NCBI GenBank assembly: GCA_964016885.1
Contig: OZ024744.1
Span: 42,594,001-42,658,000, forward strand
DNA length: 64,000 nucleotides
Source of the DNA: Eledone cirrhosa
Taxonomy: Eukaryota
Reading direction: 5' to 3'
Translations under genes and position numbers: made by a program
In this document: positions 12,107 to 24,788 of the stretch, piece by piece
How positions within the stretch are numbered: position 1 is the stretch's first letter
Layout: each line of letters opens with the position of its first letter
Notes under the pieces: generated by a model
Databases searched by the model: none
What the model was told of the DNA's origin: nothing
What the model saw: only the letters and a program-made list of their open reading frames with translations

Positions 12107-12786
12107 CTGTGTGTGGATGTTTACATGTGTACACATGTGTGTGTGTGTGTGTGTGTGTTGGTATGTGCGTGTGTGTTGGTATGTGCGTGTGTGTTTGTAT
12201 GTGTGTCTGTGTGTATGTTTGTATGTGTGTGTTTGTGTGCAAATGTGTATGTGTGTGTGCGGTGTTTGTATGTGTGCACATTTGTATGTGTGCATATTTG
12301 TTTGTGTGAACATTTGTTTGTGTGCACATTTGTATGTGTGTGTGCACATTTGTATAAGTGTGTGTGTAAATTTGTATGTATGTGTGTGTGTGTTTTTGTG
12401 CACATTTGTATGTGCGTGTGTATGTGTGTGCATGTTTGTATGTGTGCACATCTGTATGTGTGTGTGTGTGTTTGTTTGTGTGCACAGTTGTATGTGTGTG
12501 TGTGTGTTTGTATGTGTGCACATTAGTGTGTGTGTGTGTCTGTTTGTGTGTGTATTTGAATGTGTGCAAATTTGTATGTGTGTGTTTGTATGTGTGCACA
12601 TTTGTAAGTATGAATGTTTGTATGTGTGTATGTTTGTGTTTGTGTGTCCTAGTGTGCATATGTGTTTGTGTATGTTTGTGTGAGTATCTATGCATGTGTG
12701 CATGTGTGTGTATGTGTGTTTGTGTGTGTATGTATGCATATGTCTGTGTGTTTATGTGTATGTGCTTCTGTGTGAGTGAGTGTGTC
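12107..12786. repeat. Degenerate (TG)n tract with gtgtgcacatttgtat subunits
   Basis: Direct inspection. Confidence 0.93.
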
Positions 12787-13059
12787 TAACTAACAACAGG
12801 CTGCAAAACTCACACAAACACATGCACACAAGCTCACATGCAAATATATACATGTGTGCCTCTATCAAATTTCAAAATAAGAAAAGAAAATATTTATTGT
12901 GTTTCTGAAAAAAATATTGTTGTATTTTCGAAATAGATTATCTATGCCTATAGAAATAACAAAACAATGATAAAAAAATTCCCCTTAAATAAAAAAAAAA
13001 GTAATATTTCAATATAGTGAATTCATACATACACACATACATATATGCATACATACATA

Positions 13060-13660
13060 TTCATACATACTCTATGGTGGCTGCCAACTCGTTTTTGAGT
13101 ACGGCCACTACTTTATATCCATGTAGGAGAACCCCTACCGATGCGCTGAACGAGTGTGAAATTTTAGTCCAGCCAGCGACTTGAAAACTCTGGTACAAAC
13201 ACTACACCTGTGACAATTACTGACACATAGTGCTGGGCCCATGGTACCATGTGACGACAAGTGCAGAGAGATCTCCAGATATAAAGCAATGCCTGTGCCG
13301 TGAAGCTTTTATAGTGAGCAAAGGCACTGCACAAAGCCTGTCCCACTCTCTTAACCAAGATGATATTTACCAAAAATAAGAACAAGTCAACATCATTGGA
13401 TACCATCAGGGTTGCAGGTGTTATATCAGAGTTTTCCTTCTCCTAGAATTCTGCCTTGACAAAGGCTAAGGGGTCATATCTCCCGGTGATTTTCGATGGC
13501 CATTGACTCTTAAGAGCTCCTTTGCCCTTTGACAGGTTTTGTTTTTAGTCCAGCAGGATGTCCAAAGTCACCCTCCTCACCAAGAAACCTTGGTGGGGTT
13601 GCCAGTTTAGTCGCCAACAACCCGACCATGGGACAGGTTGTACTGGGATACATGTTACAT
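13060..13660 (-). mobile_element. Non-autonomous bipartite RTE-derived element ((ATGT)n tail, C2H2-coding 3' remnant, RTE-like 5'UTR)
   Basis: 13075-13255 closely matches 28190-28370; the reverse complement contains the RTE 5'UTR-like motifs ctaggagaaggaaaactctga and ggcgactaaa. Confidence 0.75.
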
Positions 13661-13669
13661 ACTCTATAC

Positions 13670-13960
13670 ATCCATACATACATACATGATGGCTGCCCCT
13701 TCGTTATCGAGTATGTCCATTGCACGTTATACCATTATTAATAATTATTCATTAATTCTATCATGCAATGCCTGTGCGTGAAGATATTTTTTAAAGTGAG
13801 GAAAGACTGTTCACTGAACCAATCCCACTCTCTGAGTGATAGTAGCTATAAACAGAAAAGAAGAAAAGATCAACATCATCGGAAACTACTGAGCTGCAGG
13901 TTTTATGTCAGAGTTATCCCAGTTTCCTGAGTTGCCTTCTCCTAGAAGAATGCCCTGACA
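13670..13960 (-). mobile_element. Short (ATGT)n-tailed non-autonomous element, same superfamily
   Basis: Shares core gcaatgcctgt..gtgaag..agtgaggaaag..cccactctct..caacatcat; close sister at 19960-20300. Confidence 0.75.
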
Positions 13961-14206
13961 TACATACATACATGCTTACATACATACACACTTACATACA
14001 TACATGCATACATTACATATATATACCTACATACATACTTACATACATACACACATACATACACACATACATACACACTTACATGTATACATACACATAC
14101 ATACCTACATACATACATACATACATACATACCTACATACATACACACACACATACACATACATACATACACATACATACATACAAACATACATACATAC
14201 ATACAT
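13958..14206. repeat. (CATA)n microsatellite
   Basis: Direct inspection. Confidence 0.95.
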
Positions 14207-14540
14207 GATGGCTGTAACTCGATTTTGAGTAATGCCATCACTTGATACTTAAGCATGAGCATCACAGACGTGGCTTTTTAGTCCTGTTAGGGACTTGCCT
14301 ATGGCCAGCAATACCATGCATCACAAAAAATGTCACATATCAAGCGATGTCAGTGCTCGAAGCTATTTTAAGTGAGGAAAGTCTTTGCACAGGGCCAATC
14401 CCACTCTGAACATCGAATACCTTTACCCCAAAAGAAGAATTGGTCTACATCATTGGAGGCAAATGTAGTCACAGGTTTTATATCAGAGTGACATTCTCCT
14501 AGAGAGATGTCTTAATGAAGACTAGGCATCTCTTGCTCCA
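14200..14540 (-). mobile_element. Third, more diverged (ATGT)n-tailed non-autonomous element
   Basis: catgatggctgtaactcgattttgag terminus and shared core agtgaggaaagtctttgcacagggccaatcccactct. Confidence 0.65.
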
Positions 14541-14654
14541 TTAAAAAAAAAAAATAGTGAAAAAAAATTTTTTTTTTAATAAAAAAAAAAAATAAATACA
14601 TACACACATATATATATATTCACACATACATATATACGTACGTACATACATACA

Positions 14655-15160
14655 TAGCAACTGATCTAGAAGTAACACATGGAATAAAATCTGATTCAAA
14701 TCTCTCTCCCAGGGATATTGGAAAATTCTACTTACCTCTAGAACAAAATTTAAAAAAATGGACCAATTCACTGAAAAGCTTGTACTTGAGAGGAAAAATA
14801 CAGACTATAGAGGGGATAAAGCATACTAAAAGCATGACATCGAGTTCCAACAAGTTCATAATATCCCACCATGAAGGATATCTCAATGCAATCAAGGAAC
14901 AAGAAATCTCCACAAAGTACCACCTACTACACAAAAGAGGAAGGCCATCAGTCAATAGTAGGCTACAAAACAAATTTTGAAATGTTAGCCACATTATTGC
15001 CAACTGTGAAAGAATGTCTTGTCATTATTACCTCACCATGAAACATGATGTGATAGTTAGAATGATTTGGAATGCATTACAGAAGACAGAAATCAAATCA
15101 AATATCGAAGAATATGTTGAAACCTGAAAATAAAGACTTTCATCAAATTAAAGCACAACT
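14655..15160 (+). mobile_element. R4/Dong-clade non-LTR fragment (C-terminal region)
   Basis: HEGYLNAIKEQEISTKYHL; paralogous to 19010-19530. Confidence 0.75.
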
Positions 15161-15356
15161 GGCCCTCTAAATTGGAATTGGAAGCAGTGAACAAATTAGC
15201 TGACAATTGTCTGAAGGCCAAACAGTGCAAAGGTGTGAAGACAACATATGAAATACTTAATATTTTGGTATATGTTGTAGCTATCACATTGCTATCATAT
15301 CATAAACATCGAAAACCATGCAACCAAGATACAAACAGAAAGCCTGAACCAGCATC

Positions 15357-17016
15357 ATCATCACCGTTTTACGTCCGTTCTTCTACGCTAGAATGGGTTA
15401 GACGGGTTGTCCTATTGTGGGCAGTGTCTGGTCGGCTGACCATGCCTTGCTCATACAGGAACTGATTTTGGCTTGATTTCTATAGCTGGATGCCCTTCCT
15501 AACACCAACCTGATTTACAGTGAGTTGCTGGGTGCTTTTTCCGTGGCGCCTACACATCCACTTTACAGTGTGGGCTGGGTGCTTTTTTGCCGTGGCACTT
15601 CCACGACCACCTTGCAGTGGGAGGGTGTGGGGCATATTGTCTATATGCTTCAGCTTGTACCCATGGGAGGTCGGGTACTCTGTATTACTGCGTGACGCCA
15701 GAGGTCACGGTCGTGTGTCATCGCCTTTGAGAGGTGTAATTGGGTAAGGTGGCTTTTATCACCTCATCCCAGGTCTTCTTGGGTCTCCCCACTCCGCGGT
15801 TTCCATTGACTTCTAGTACTCTGCACTTTTTTATGCAGCTGTCATCCTTCATACGATCACATGTCCATACCAACGCAACCGCTTCTCCTGCACACAGCAG
15901 TTGATTCCTCTTAAGCTCAGTCTCTCTCTCAATTCATTTATGCTTTGTCGTTCGTGTATATTACTATTACACATCCATCGGAGCATGCAGGTTCCACCTT
16001 CAGCGCCTAGATCTCACTACCATGTAACATTGCTGTTCGGATACACGCATCATACAGTCTGCCTTTCAACATTTTGAGAGAGAAGCCTTTTGCAGCTAGC
16101 AGTGGCAGTAGTTCCCTGAACTTCTTCCATCCCGTTCTTACCCTAGTTATTGTACTTTCTGAACACCCACCTCCGCTGCTAATTCACTCACCTAGGTAGC
16201 AGAAGCTGTCTACTGTTTCTACAGAGCCCTCCCAGAGATTGGTGGTACTTGTTTCCTGTGGCTGTTTGCTGCTTGCTGTCCCAGCACAGCTGCTGCATGT
16301 GAAGCCTACATTCTTAAGCTTCCTGAGATCCCGCTACATCTCTTGTGTACCCATTGTTTGCATTTGGGGCAGAGAATGGAGTTCCTACCTACACCTTTCC
16401 TACATACTGAGCAAGGCCATTTCCCCGAGGGGATCTGGCTTCTGTTTTCTCGTCTACTTACAAGGACCTTAGTCTTTGTCATGTTGACTTTGAGACTCTT
16501 TCTTTCTAGTCCCTGCTTCCAAGTTTGGAATTTATTCTCTAGTTCTACCATAGATTCAGCTATAAGTGCGAGGTCATCAGCATACAGGAGTTCCCATGGG
16601 CATCTGGTCTTAAACTCCTCCGTTATTGCCTGCAGGACTATGAAGAACAGGAGAGGGCTAAGAACAGAGCCCTGGTGGACACCAGCCTGTACACTAAATT
16701 CCTCGCTATACTCATTGCTAATCCTAACTTTGCTGACTGCTCCCCTATACATGGCTTGTACAGCTTTCACAAACCATTCATCTACTCCTAGTTTTCTAAG
16801 AGCCCACCAGATTACAGCGCGTGGAACTCTGTCAAAGGCTTTCTCGAGATCAACGAATGCCAGGCAGAGTGGCTTACTTTTAGCTAGGTACTTTTCCTGT
16901 AACTGCCTCACAAGGAAGAGGGCATCAGTGGTGCCTCTTCTTGGTACAAACCCAAATTGCATTTCATCTAGTTTCACCCGGTCCCTAATCAACTGTGCTG
17001 TAACTCTTTCTGTTAC
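15357..17016 (-). mobile_element. 5'-truncated RTE LINE copy (same family as 1749-5340)
   Basis: ORF 16306-16992 with RT motifs and PHD start; small deletions; gcat at both junctions. Confidence 0.95.
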
Positions 17017-18808
17017 GCATGGATGCGTAATTTAAAAAACAAAATTTTGTCCCTGAGACGAAGTATCTCACAGATCACTGTTGTTATAAAAAGCAACAGA
17101 GAGAACAAATTCACATGACATCAGGGAGATTTAAGAAAAAAACTAGAGAGGAAATTAGGAGATACAAGATTTAAAACTCTAAACTCCAAACTACACCAGT
17201 TAAAACAACAACTCATGGCTGCAGCAGAAAGACTAAAATATAAGTCAACAGCACATAAACGGCAAGTGCTAAATAGATTATTTACCAGAGATCCTAAGTC
17301 AGTTTAGTGCAGCTTCAATGGGGAAAGTTCAATCTCTGTAAATGAACCCCTACAAAAGAACAGGTTGAGAACTACTGAAGATCTGTATGGGAAAAAAATA
17401 ACGGATTAAACATCAAACTAAATGGCTAAAAGAACTGTAACAGGCATACTACCAGCATGTTCAAACAACACAATATGACATAGATGGGTCAATACTGGAA
17501 ACAGCTTTACAGAAAATGTTGAATAGGAAATCACCAGGCCCAGACCTCATAACAGGATACTGGCTGAAGAATTTCACCTTCTATTGGCAAGATCTCATAC
17601 GGCTGTTTAGAGAAACCATCAAAAGCACACAAGACTTTCCCCAATGGTTATCAACTACCACTACTCTCCTCATCCCCCAAATTAGCCAAACCACCCTTGC
17701 TAAAAATTACAACCCGATAGCCTGCCAGAACATGGGTGCCTTAACCTGTTCTTACAGGATCACTGTACTACCAACAACATCATAACACTTGAGCAGGCTG
17801 GTGGAAAGAAGGAGGTGTGGAATTGCATAGATCACCTACTAACAAATAAAATGATACAGGAAAAAACAGCAAAGAATCGCAGGAACATGACTGTGGTGTG
17901 ACTAGACTATCAGAAGGCTTTTGATAGTGTACCTCATGGGTGGATTATTAAGGCTAGCCAAAGTCCCACAACCATTGGTAGTTGCTGTTGAACATCTAAC
18001 CAAGAATTGGTATACCAATTTGATCCTTAGGAGTGAGAAGGAACAAATTGAAACTGATACAATACACTACCAGAAAAGCATCTTTCAGGGTGATAGTTTA
18101 TCAGTGCTGCTCTTCGTCCTCACACTAAATCCACTATCATACCTGCTCACAAAACAAAGTAGTCATAGAAGTGGGTTCAGAAGTATCTCCCACCATTTCT
18201 TTGTTGATGACCTGAAGTTGTATGGGCCAAATATCAACTATATCAAAAAGCAATTGGACCTCATTACACAATTTTCTGCAGACATCAGAATGAAATTTGG
18301 TGAGTCCAAGTGTGCATATTTGAGAGTAAAACGTGTAAGGGTTGTTGTTGACAATACAACCTCTACAGTCATGTGACAACTACAGATATCTTGGAGAGGA
18401 TGAGAATGTCAGATACGATGGACCCATAAATAAGGAGGGAGCCAGAACTGAATACTTCCGGAGAGTAAAGAAAATATGGTCATCAGAACTATCAACGTAC
18501 AACAAATACATTGCCCACAATACTTATGCTGTGCCAATTCTAACACCAACATTTGGCCTGCAGAATTGGTCATTGCAAGAACTAAGTGAGATGGATATAA
18601 GAACTTGCAAGCCTCTCAGTGTTACTGGTAACTTGAACATCAATGGTGATGTGGATAGGCTATACTTCTCATGCAAGGATGGTGGCTAGGTCTAAAATCC
18701 ATATTAACATCATACAAGACCTGGATAGTAACACTGAAGCAACATCTTCAACAGAAGACAAAAGGTCAACAACCATCTTGCCAGGCTTATGAGCATGAAG
18801 GAAATAAT

Positions 18809-18984
18809 TGTTTCTACTTTTGGCACAAGGCCAGCAATTATCCCAGTGTGTTACTGGTACTCTATTTTATCGACCCTGTAAAGATGAAAGGCAAAGTTAA
18901 CCTCGGCGGGATTTGAACTCAGAATGGCAAGGGCCATAACTCTATGCTTGGCGTCCGACCCTCTACCGATACTGCCAATCCACT
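18809..18984 (-). mobile_element. SINE family A with 16-bp TSD, inserted in the R4 ORF
   Basis: TSD gcatgaagg(a/c)aataat at 18793-18808 and 18985-19000. Confidence 0.92.
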
Positions 18985-19954
18985 GCATGAAGGCAATAAT
19001 ATCATTAAGATAGCTACTGATCTGGAGGAGAGATATGGAATAAAGCCTGATATAAATCTCTCTCCCAGGGAAATTGGAAGATCCTATTCAATGTTTGAAC
19101 AAGACAAAAAAATAGACCAATTTACAGAGAAAGGTATGCATGGGTACCTGAGACGAAAAACACAGACCATAGAGGGGATAAATCATTCAAAAAGCCTGGC
19201 ATGGAGTTCCGACAAGTTTATGACACTCCACCTTGAAGGATATCTTTATGCAATACAAGGAACAAGAAATCCCTACCAAATATCTGCTACACAAAAGAGG
19301 AGGGCCATCAGGTGACAATAAATGTAAAACAAAGATCGAAGATGTTAGTCACATTGTTGCCAACTGTGAAAGAATGTTGTCTCACTACTACCTCCCTATG
19401 AGAACCATCTGGAGCGCACTGAGGAAAAAAAAATTAAAAACAAATGAAGAATATGTTGAGATAGATGGCACTAAGGAATACTGGTGGAACCTGAATATAA
19501 AAACTGCCACCAAATTAAAGCACAACCAGCCTGATATTGTTGTTTGGGACCACACATTGAAAACGTGTTCTGTTGTAGAGATCAGCTGCCCACTTGATGT
19601 CAATGTAGTAAGAAAAATACAAGAGAAGGAGGACATCTAGGGACCATGGATAAGGAGTTTGAAGATGCAATATCCAAGATACACCTTCAGCTTCATACCC
19701 ATCATTATTGGAACTACAGGTTATATACCAACCTGCTTGGACCAAAGTATAACTGAACTAGGATTTGTGGAAAAAGAGCGCAGCTCCCTAATTCATAGAC
19801 TACAAATGGCTGTGATAGCTGGCACCTTCAAAATTTGCAAAACATTCTGGCAATTCAAGGGATGACAATTTCTTTTCTTTTACAACCTTGCCACCAGAAG
19901 GGTGGCTGGACAAAAATGTACTCGATATCAAGAGAAAGGGAAACATACATATTT

Positions 19955-20305
19955 ACATACATACATGAGGCTGCACCCTCGTTATCAAGTATGGCCATTG
20001 CACGATATAACATTATTTATAATTATTAATTAATATCATCGTGCAATGCCTGTTGGTGAAGATTTTTTTAAGGTGAGGAAAGATTGTGCACTGAGCCAAT
20101 CCCACTCTCTGAGCGACAGTAGCTATAACTCAAAAAGAAGAAAAGATCAACATCATCGGTAACTACTGAGCCGCAGATTTTATATTGGCGTTATCCCAGT
20201 TTCCTGAGTTGCCTAGAAGAATGCCCTGACAAAGGCTAGGGGTCCTTCACTCCCAGTACTTTAACCGCGCGATCGGATATCCATCCCAACTATTTCTATG
20301 TCCCC
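19955..20305 (-). mobile_element. (ATGT)n-tailed non-autonomous element, sister of 13670-13960
   Basis: Colinear similarity by eye across ~280 bp. Confidence 0.75.
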
Positions 20306-20365
20306 ATGCACATACACATGCATACATGTATATACATATATATATACATATATATATATATATGT

Positions 20366-23300
20366 GTAAAAGGTAAACAGAAATAACAATACAATCGGTA
20401 CAGTATATGGAAGGTATATATTAGGTTAACGCTTGATATAGCAGGAAGAGCGTCTTAACGTTTCGGACGCTAGTCCTTCATCAGAAGAAAGAATGAGAAA
20501 TAAGATAGATTGAGGGGACGGGCGGGATGGAATTGGAAAAAATGTCTTTAGATAAAAATAACAGGTCCATTCATGTTGACATCTCTTGCAAAACTGTTGG
20601 TGCTGGCGTTTTGTGTATGATTTATTTTTTAGAAAAGTGGATGATGGAGCGCGTCTACCTGAAATGAAAAAAAAAACATTTTGTAAAAAGAGGTATACTT
20701 GAGCACGTGCGTAAGCATGTGTTTGTGTGTGTGTGTGTGTGTTATTATACGTTCGTACGAAGCTAAGAAGAAATGTGCGTGTATATGTGAGTAAAAGAGT
20801 GTGTGTGCATGTAAGTACGAAGCTATGAGCAAAAGTATGTTAATATAAAGGTGTGTATGTGTGTATACAGAGCAGTGAAGGGAAACGTGGAGTGAACATA
20901 TATAGTCGGCCTGTATTAGTTGTAAGAAAAGATGTTAATGATCAAGAGAAAGTGATAGGAATTAGGGGAGTGATAATGGAAGGGGTATTAGAGAAATTGG
21001 GGAGGTGAGTTGAGTCCAAGAGGAGAATAGGACCCAAGGCGGTGAATAAGACTTTGCTCAGTCCTGATGCGTGAGGCCTGTGATCCATGATGTAAAAGGA
21101 CACCCAGGACTGAAACATGTGGGGAAGAATGACCAGGAGAACAGAAATGATGGGCGACAGGAGTATGTCCCTCAAATATTCGGCAAAACGGTCCGCCATA
21201 CGGCGTCCCGTTTGTCCGATATATAAAGACCCGCAAAGGGAACACCGGAGGGCATAGACAACGTGGGTGGATGTGCAGGTGAAGGAATGGTGGATACGGA
21301 AAGACCCGTTAGGGCCTGTAAGAGTGGTGAGGGTGGAAATAAAGGGATAAGTGTTGAAGCGGGAACGGGAACAAGGATGAGAGCCGGGTGGAGTTGTGGG
21401 AGAGGAAGAAAAGGAACTGCAAACCAGGAGGTCACGGAGGTTGTGAATGTGCTTAAAAGCAGTAATGGGTGGGTTTGGAAAAAAGCGAGAAGTGACGGGG
21501 TCAGAAGAGAGGATACAGAAGAAACAGAGGATATGTCGCCGGAGTGGTAGAGTGATGGGGTAGAAGGTGAGAAGGAAAGGAATATGGGTGTTGGGAGGGC
21601 GTTGGGTGAGGTGAGAGGGCTGTGGTGCGGTCTGTTTCACGGGCGCGGGTGAGAGCAGCTTGGATCAGGGGGGTATCCATGCTGGATGAAGTGGGAAACC
21701 ATGTGAAGGGAATGGGTTTCGAAATCGTCGTCCTGGCTACAGAGCCGACGAAGACGGAGGAATTGGGAATAGGGTATGGAATGTTTGATGTGGGTTGGAT
21801 GGGAGGAGGTGAAGTCGAGGTAAGAGTGGGAGTCTGTTGGTTTAATGAAGATGGAAGTAGAGAGGGTGTGGTGAGAGTGATTAATTGATAGAGAGATATC
21901 TAGAAAAGAGACAGAAGAATCGGAGATGGAGGTGGTGAAATTGAGGGCAGGATGGAAAGATTGGACAAAAGAGAGAAAGCAGTCGAGCTGTTCTCGTGAT
22001 AGAGGGGTGGCGCCGATACAGTCGTCAATATAACGACCATATAGTTGAGGAGTCGGTCCAGCGTACTGGGAGAAGATCTGGGCTTTGACGTAGCCAACAA
22101 ACAAGTTGGCCTAGTTTGAACCCATACTGGTTCCCATCCCTACCCCAGAGACCTGCTGCTAAAATTCACCCAAAAAAGAAAATCCATTGAGGGTGAGAAC
22201 AAGCTCAGTCAGCCGGAGAAGAGTGGTAGTGCTGGGCTAAGGGGTAGAGCATAAATCTAAAAAATGTTGGAGAGCGTGGAGGCCGTCATCATGAGGGATG
22301 TCAGTATAGAGAGAAGTGATGTCCAGGGTAAAGAGAAGGTGGGAGAGACCAGGAGGGAATGAGAAAGAGTTGGAGAGTCTAAGAGCATGATTTGTATCGT
22401 GGATGTGGGAGGGGAGATTTTCGACCAACGGGGCGAGGATGGTGTCTAAATATTCAGAAATTATCTCGGTGGGGCAGTTGCACGCAGGAACGATAGGACG
22501 GCCAGGATTATTTTGTTTGTGTATTTTGGGGAGGAAGTAGATGGAGGGTGTGCGAGGGGTGCGTACAATAAGGTTGGTGGCTGTGAGGGATAGGTGAGAG
22601 GAGGAGATGAGCTCGTGGATGGTGGAGGACACGAGTTGTTGGTAGCCAGGAGTGGGGTCGGAGAATAAAGGGCGGTAAAAAAGGGTATTGTGAAGCTGGC
22701 GGAGAGCCTCAGCCTTATAGAGGTCAGCACTCCAAACCACCACAGCGCCACCTTTGTCAGCGGGTTTGATGACAATGTCATCGCGACGCCGAAGGTTGCG
22801 AAGAGCGGAGAGCTCAGCCCGCGTGCTGTTGGAGTGACAAGAATGCTGGTGGAAACGGAACCGATTCCCAGTACGCCGTCAAGTATCGACAAAGGAGTCG
22901 AGGGTGCTGAACTGGCCAAAGCTCGGTGTCCAATGTGATTGCCGGCCACTGAGACGAGTGAAGTCATCCGTCTGTGTCGATGATCGCATCTTGTGAAAAA
23001 AAGCTTTCAGCTTTAATCGACGGAAGGACCCTTCAATCTAGGCACGTGTACGGAACTCGTCGCAGGTAGATGTGGTAGGTATAAAACACAAACCACGGGC
23101 GAGGAGGGAGCGCTCAGCTTCGGAGTGTGGTAGGTTCTGGGGTGCAGGGACGTGAGGGAGGTGGAGGAGTCAAGGTGGTTGGGCAAAGCGTGTGCAGATT
23201 AAGTGGTGGGGATATGAAAGGAGGTGGTAGGTGACGGGATAGAGGGGTAAGGGTTGGAGGAGATATGAGTATGGGTGGTGACGGCGGGCGGGGAGCGGAG

Positions 23301-23835
23301 AGAGTCGAGTTTGTGGTTTTTTACAGAAGTGAGGAAATTGAAAAGGAGACGATTGGGGTAAAGGATGAATTGGATAAGGAAATGGGCGAGGTAAGGGTGG
23401 CAAGTGGAGAAGAGATGGGGTATGGGGAGATCTCGGTCGAGAGAATGGATTTGGGCGAGAGTTGATCGAATAGTGGGCCCTATGAGCTGGCGAGAGGAGC
23501 GGGTAAGGATGGGCTCAGTGGTGGGGGAGGAGTAAGAGGTGGCGTGAAACTTGAGGCGGAAACCGCGGGGAATGAGGTGGTGGTGGAGACAGCGACTTAA
23601 AATGTGATGTGACTGTTTATCGTGTTTTGGTGAAGATGAGGCTGGAGAGATGCTGGGAGGATTGGATGCATATAGGGGGGGGGGAGGAAGTGTTTGAGAG
23701 TGGAATGGAGCTGGCGGAGAAATGATTTGAGATTGGGCATATTGAAGGTACTTGGGTGGGAGTGAAAAATAGATGGGTAAGAAGAAGGTGGTGAAAGAAG
23801 TTTATAGTAGAGGAAAAGTGGTAGAGAGTTGTATA
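20366..23835 (-). mobile_element. Penelope-like element (probably Neptune-type), RT + GIY-YIG, decayed
   Basis: ADKGG, YFLPKIHK..NPGRPIV, TLDITSLYT, G.GMG, YGRYIDD, Cys-containing linker, VVYALRC..C..LYIGQTGR...RF; ORF start MPNLKSF near 23741; stops and frameshifts. Confidence 0.93.
20453..20488 (-). ncRNA. Minimal hammerhead ribozyme in the Penelope 3' region
   Basis: Minus strand UCUU-CUGAUGA-A-GGAC-UAGC-GUCC-GAAAC-GUU-AAGA: catalytic boxes, 4-bp stem II, 4-bp stem I, palindromic AACGUU replacing stem III. Confidence 0.85.
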
Positions 23836-23909
23836 CATATTTATATACATACACACATACATACATATATATTTTCATACATATTTATATACATACACAC
23901 ATACATACA

Positions 23910-23943
<34 letters not shown>

Positions 23944-24112
23944 CATACATACATACATACATACATACATACATACATACTTATATATTATACATGCATA
24001 CATAAATACATATTTACACACATATATACATATACACATACATACATATACACATACATACATACATACATACATACATGCATAGATGCATACATATTTA
24101 CATACATACATG
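23830..24112. repeat. (CATA)n microsatellite
   Basis: Direct inspection. Confidence 0.95.
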
Positions 24113-24310
24113 CTGATTGCTACTTCTTGTCAGAAGAGTGCCATCTCTTCATTGAACATTGCACGGTCATGTACACACAAGTGACTTTTCAGACCAGCTT
24201 TTGTTTTGCAAGCACGTTCAACAGATATGACACTTGAACAGTCTGTCTTATGCACATGCTGTGCACACATTAGTTCAAGATTACTCAACTGACACACTGC
24301 AGCTACTTCC
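24105..24310 (-). mobile_element. Decayed 3' end of C2H2-tailed RTE-like LINE
   Basis: ERACKTKAGLKSHLCVH, cf. AGLKSHLRVH at 28252-28515; ends in (ATGT)n. Confidence 0.6.
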
Positions 24311-24644
24311 ACTCTTTAAATCCTCTAGCACTCTCAAAAAGGTATTTTTATGGCTGTTGTTTTTTTTTTCCTTTTTTTTTTTTACCTTATTGAGAACTGC
24401 CTTATTCCTCTCTGATGGTTTGAAGACCACATGCAGCTTCAGGTCGAAAATAGGAGCTAGCCTTTCCATAAATCCCAGAAGATGTTTCGTTATCATCATT
24501 GTGGACTCTTTTGTTTGCATTCTCTTTTCATTAGCAATCACTGATTCCACCCATCCAAGTGCAGTGGCCAAAAAATGAATCAGTTTGAATCCCAATAATG
24601 TGCAAACCCCATCTCATCACACACACATGTGTGTATGTATAGTA

Positions 24645-24788
24645 ATAATTGTTTCTATTTTGGCACAAGGCCAGCAATTACCCAGTACATTACTGGTACT
24701 ATATTTTATCGACCCCGTAAGGATGAAAGGCAAAGTTAACCTCGGCGGATTTGAACTCAGATCATAAAGGGACGTAACTCTATGCTTC
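24645..24788 (-). mobile_element. SINE family A, 5'-truncated
   Basis: Core motifs intact. Confidence 0.85.

Larger units (their letters stand above)
15161..19945 (+). mobile_element. Decayed R4/Dong-clade RLE retrotransposon, interrupted by an RTE and a SINE
   Basis: KSPGPDLITGYWLK, IFQGDSLSVLLF, FFVDDLKLY, YRYLG, RLE motif NQPDIVVWD...VVEISCP; N-terminal frame KPEPA|WMRNLKNKILSLRR continues across the RTE insertion. Confidence 0.88.

Noticed and set aside
11972-12789. His/Thr- and Cys/Val-rich ORFs (also 9323-9790, 13942-14265, 23773-24237)
   Set aside because: Translations of CA/CATA simple repeats
16343-17035. Antisense ORFs over RTE copies (also 2181-2627, 40010-40642, 45404-46549)
   Set aside because: Shadows of the RT frame with no independent motifs
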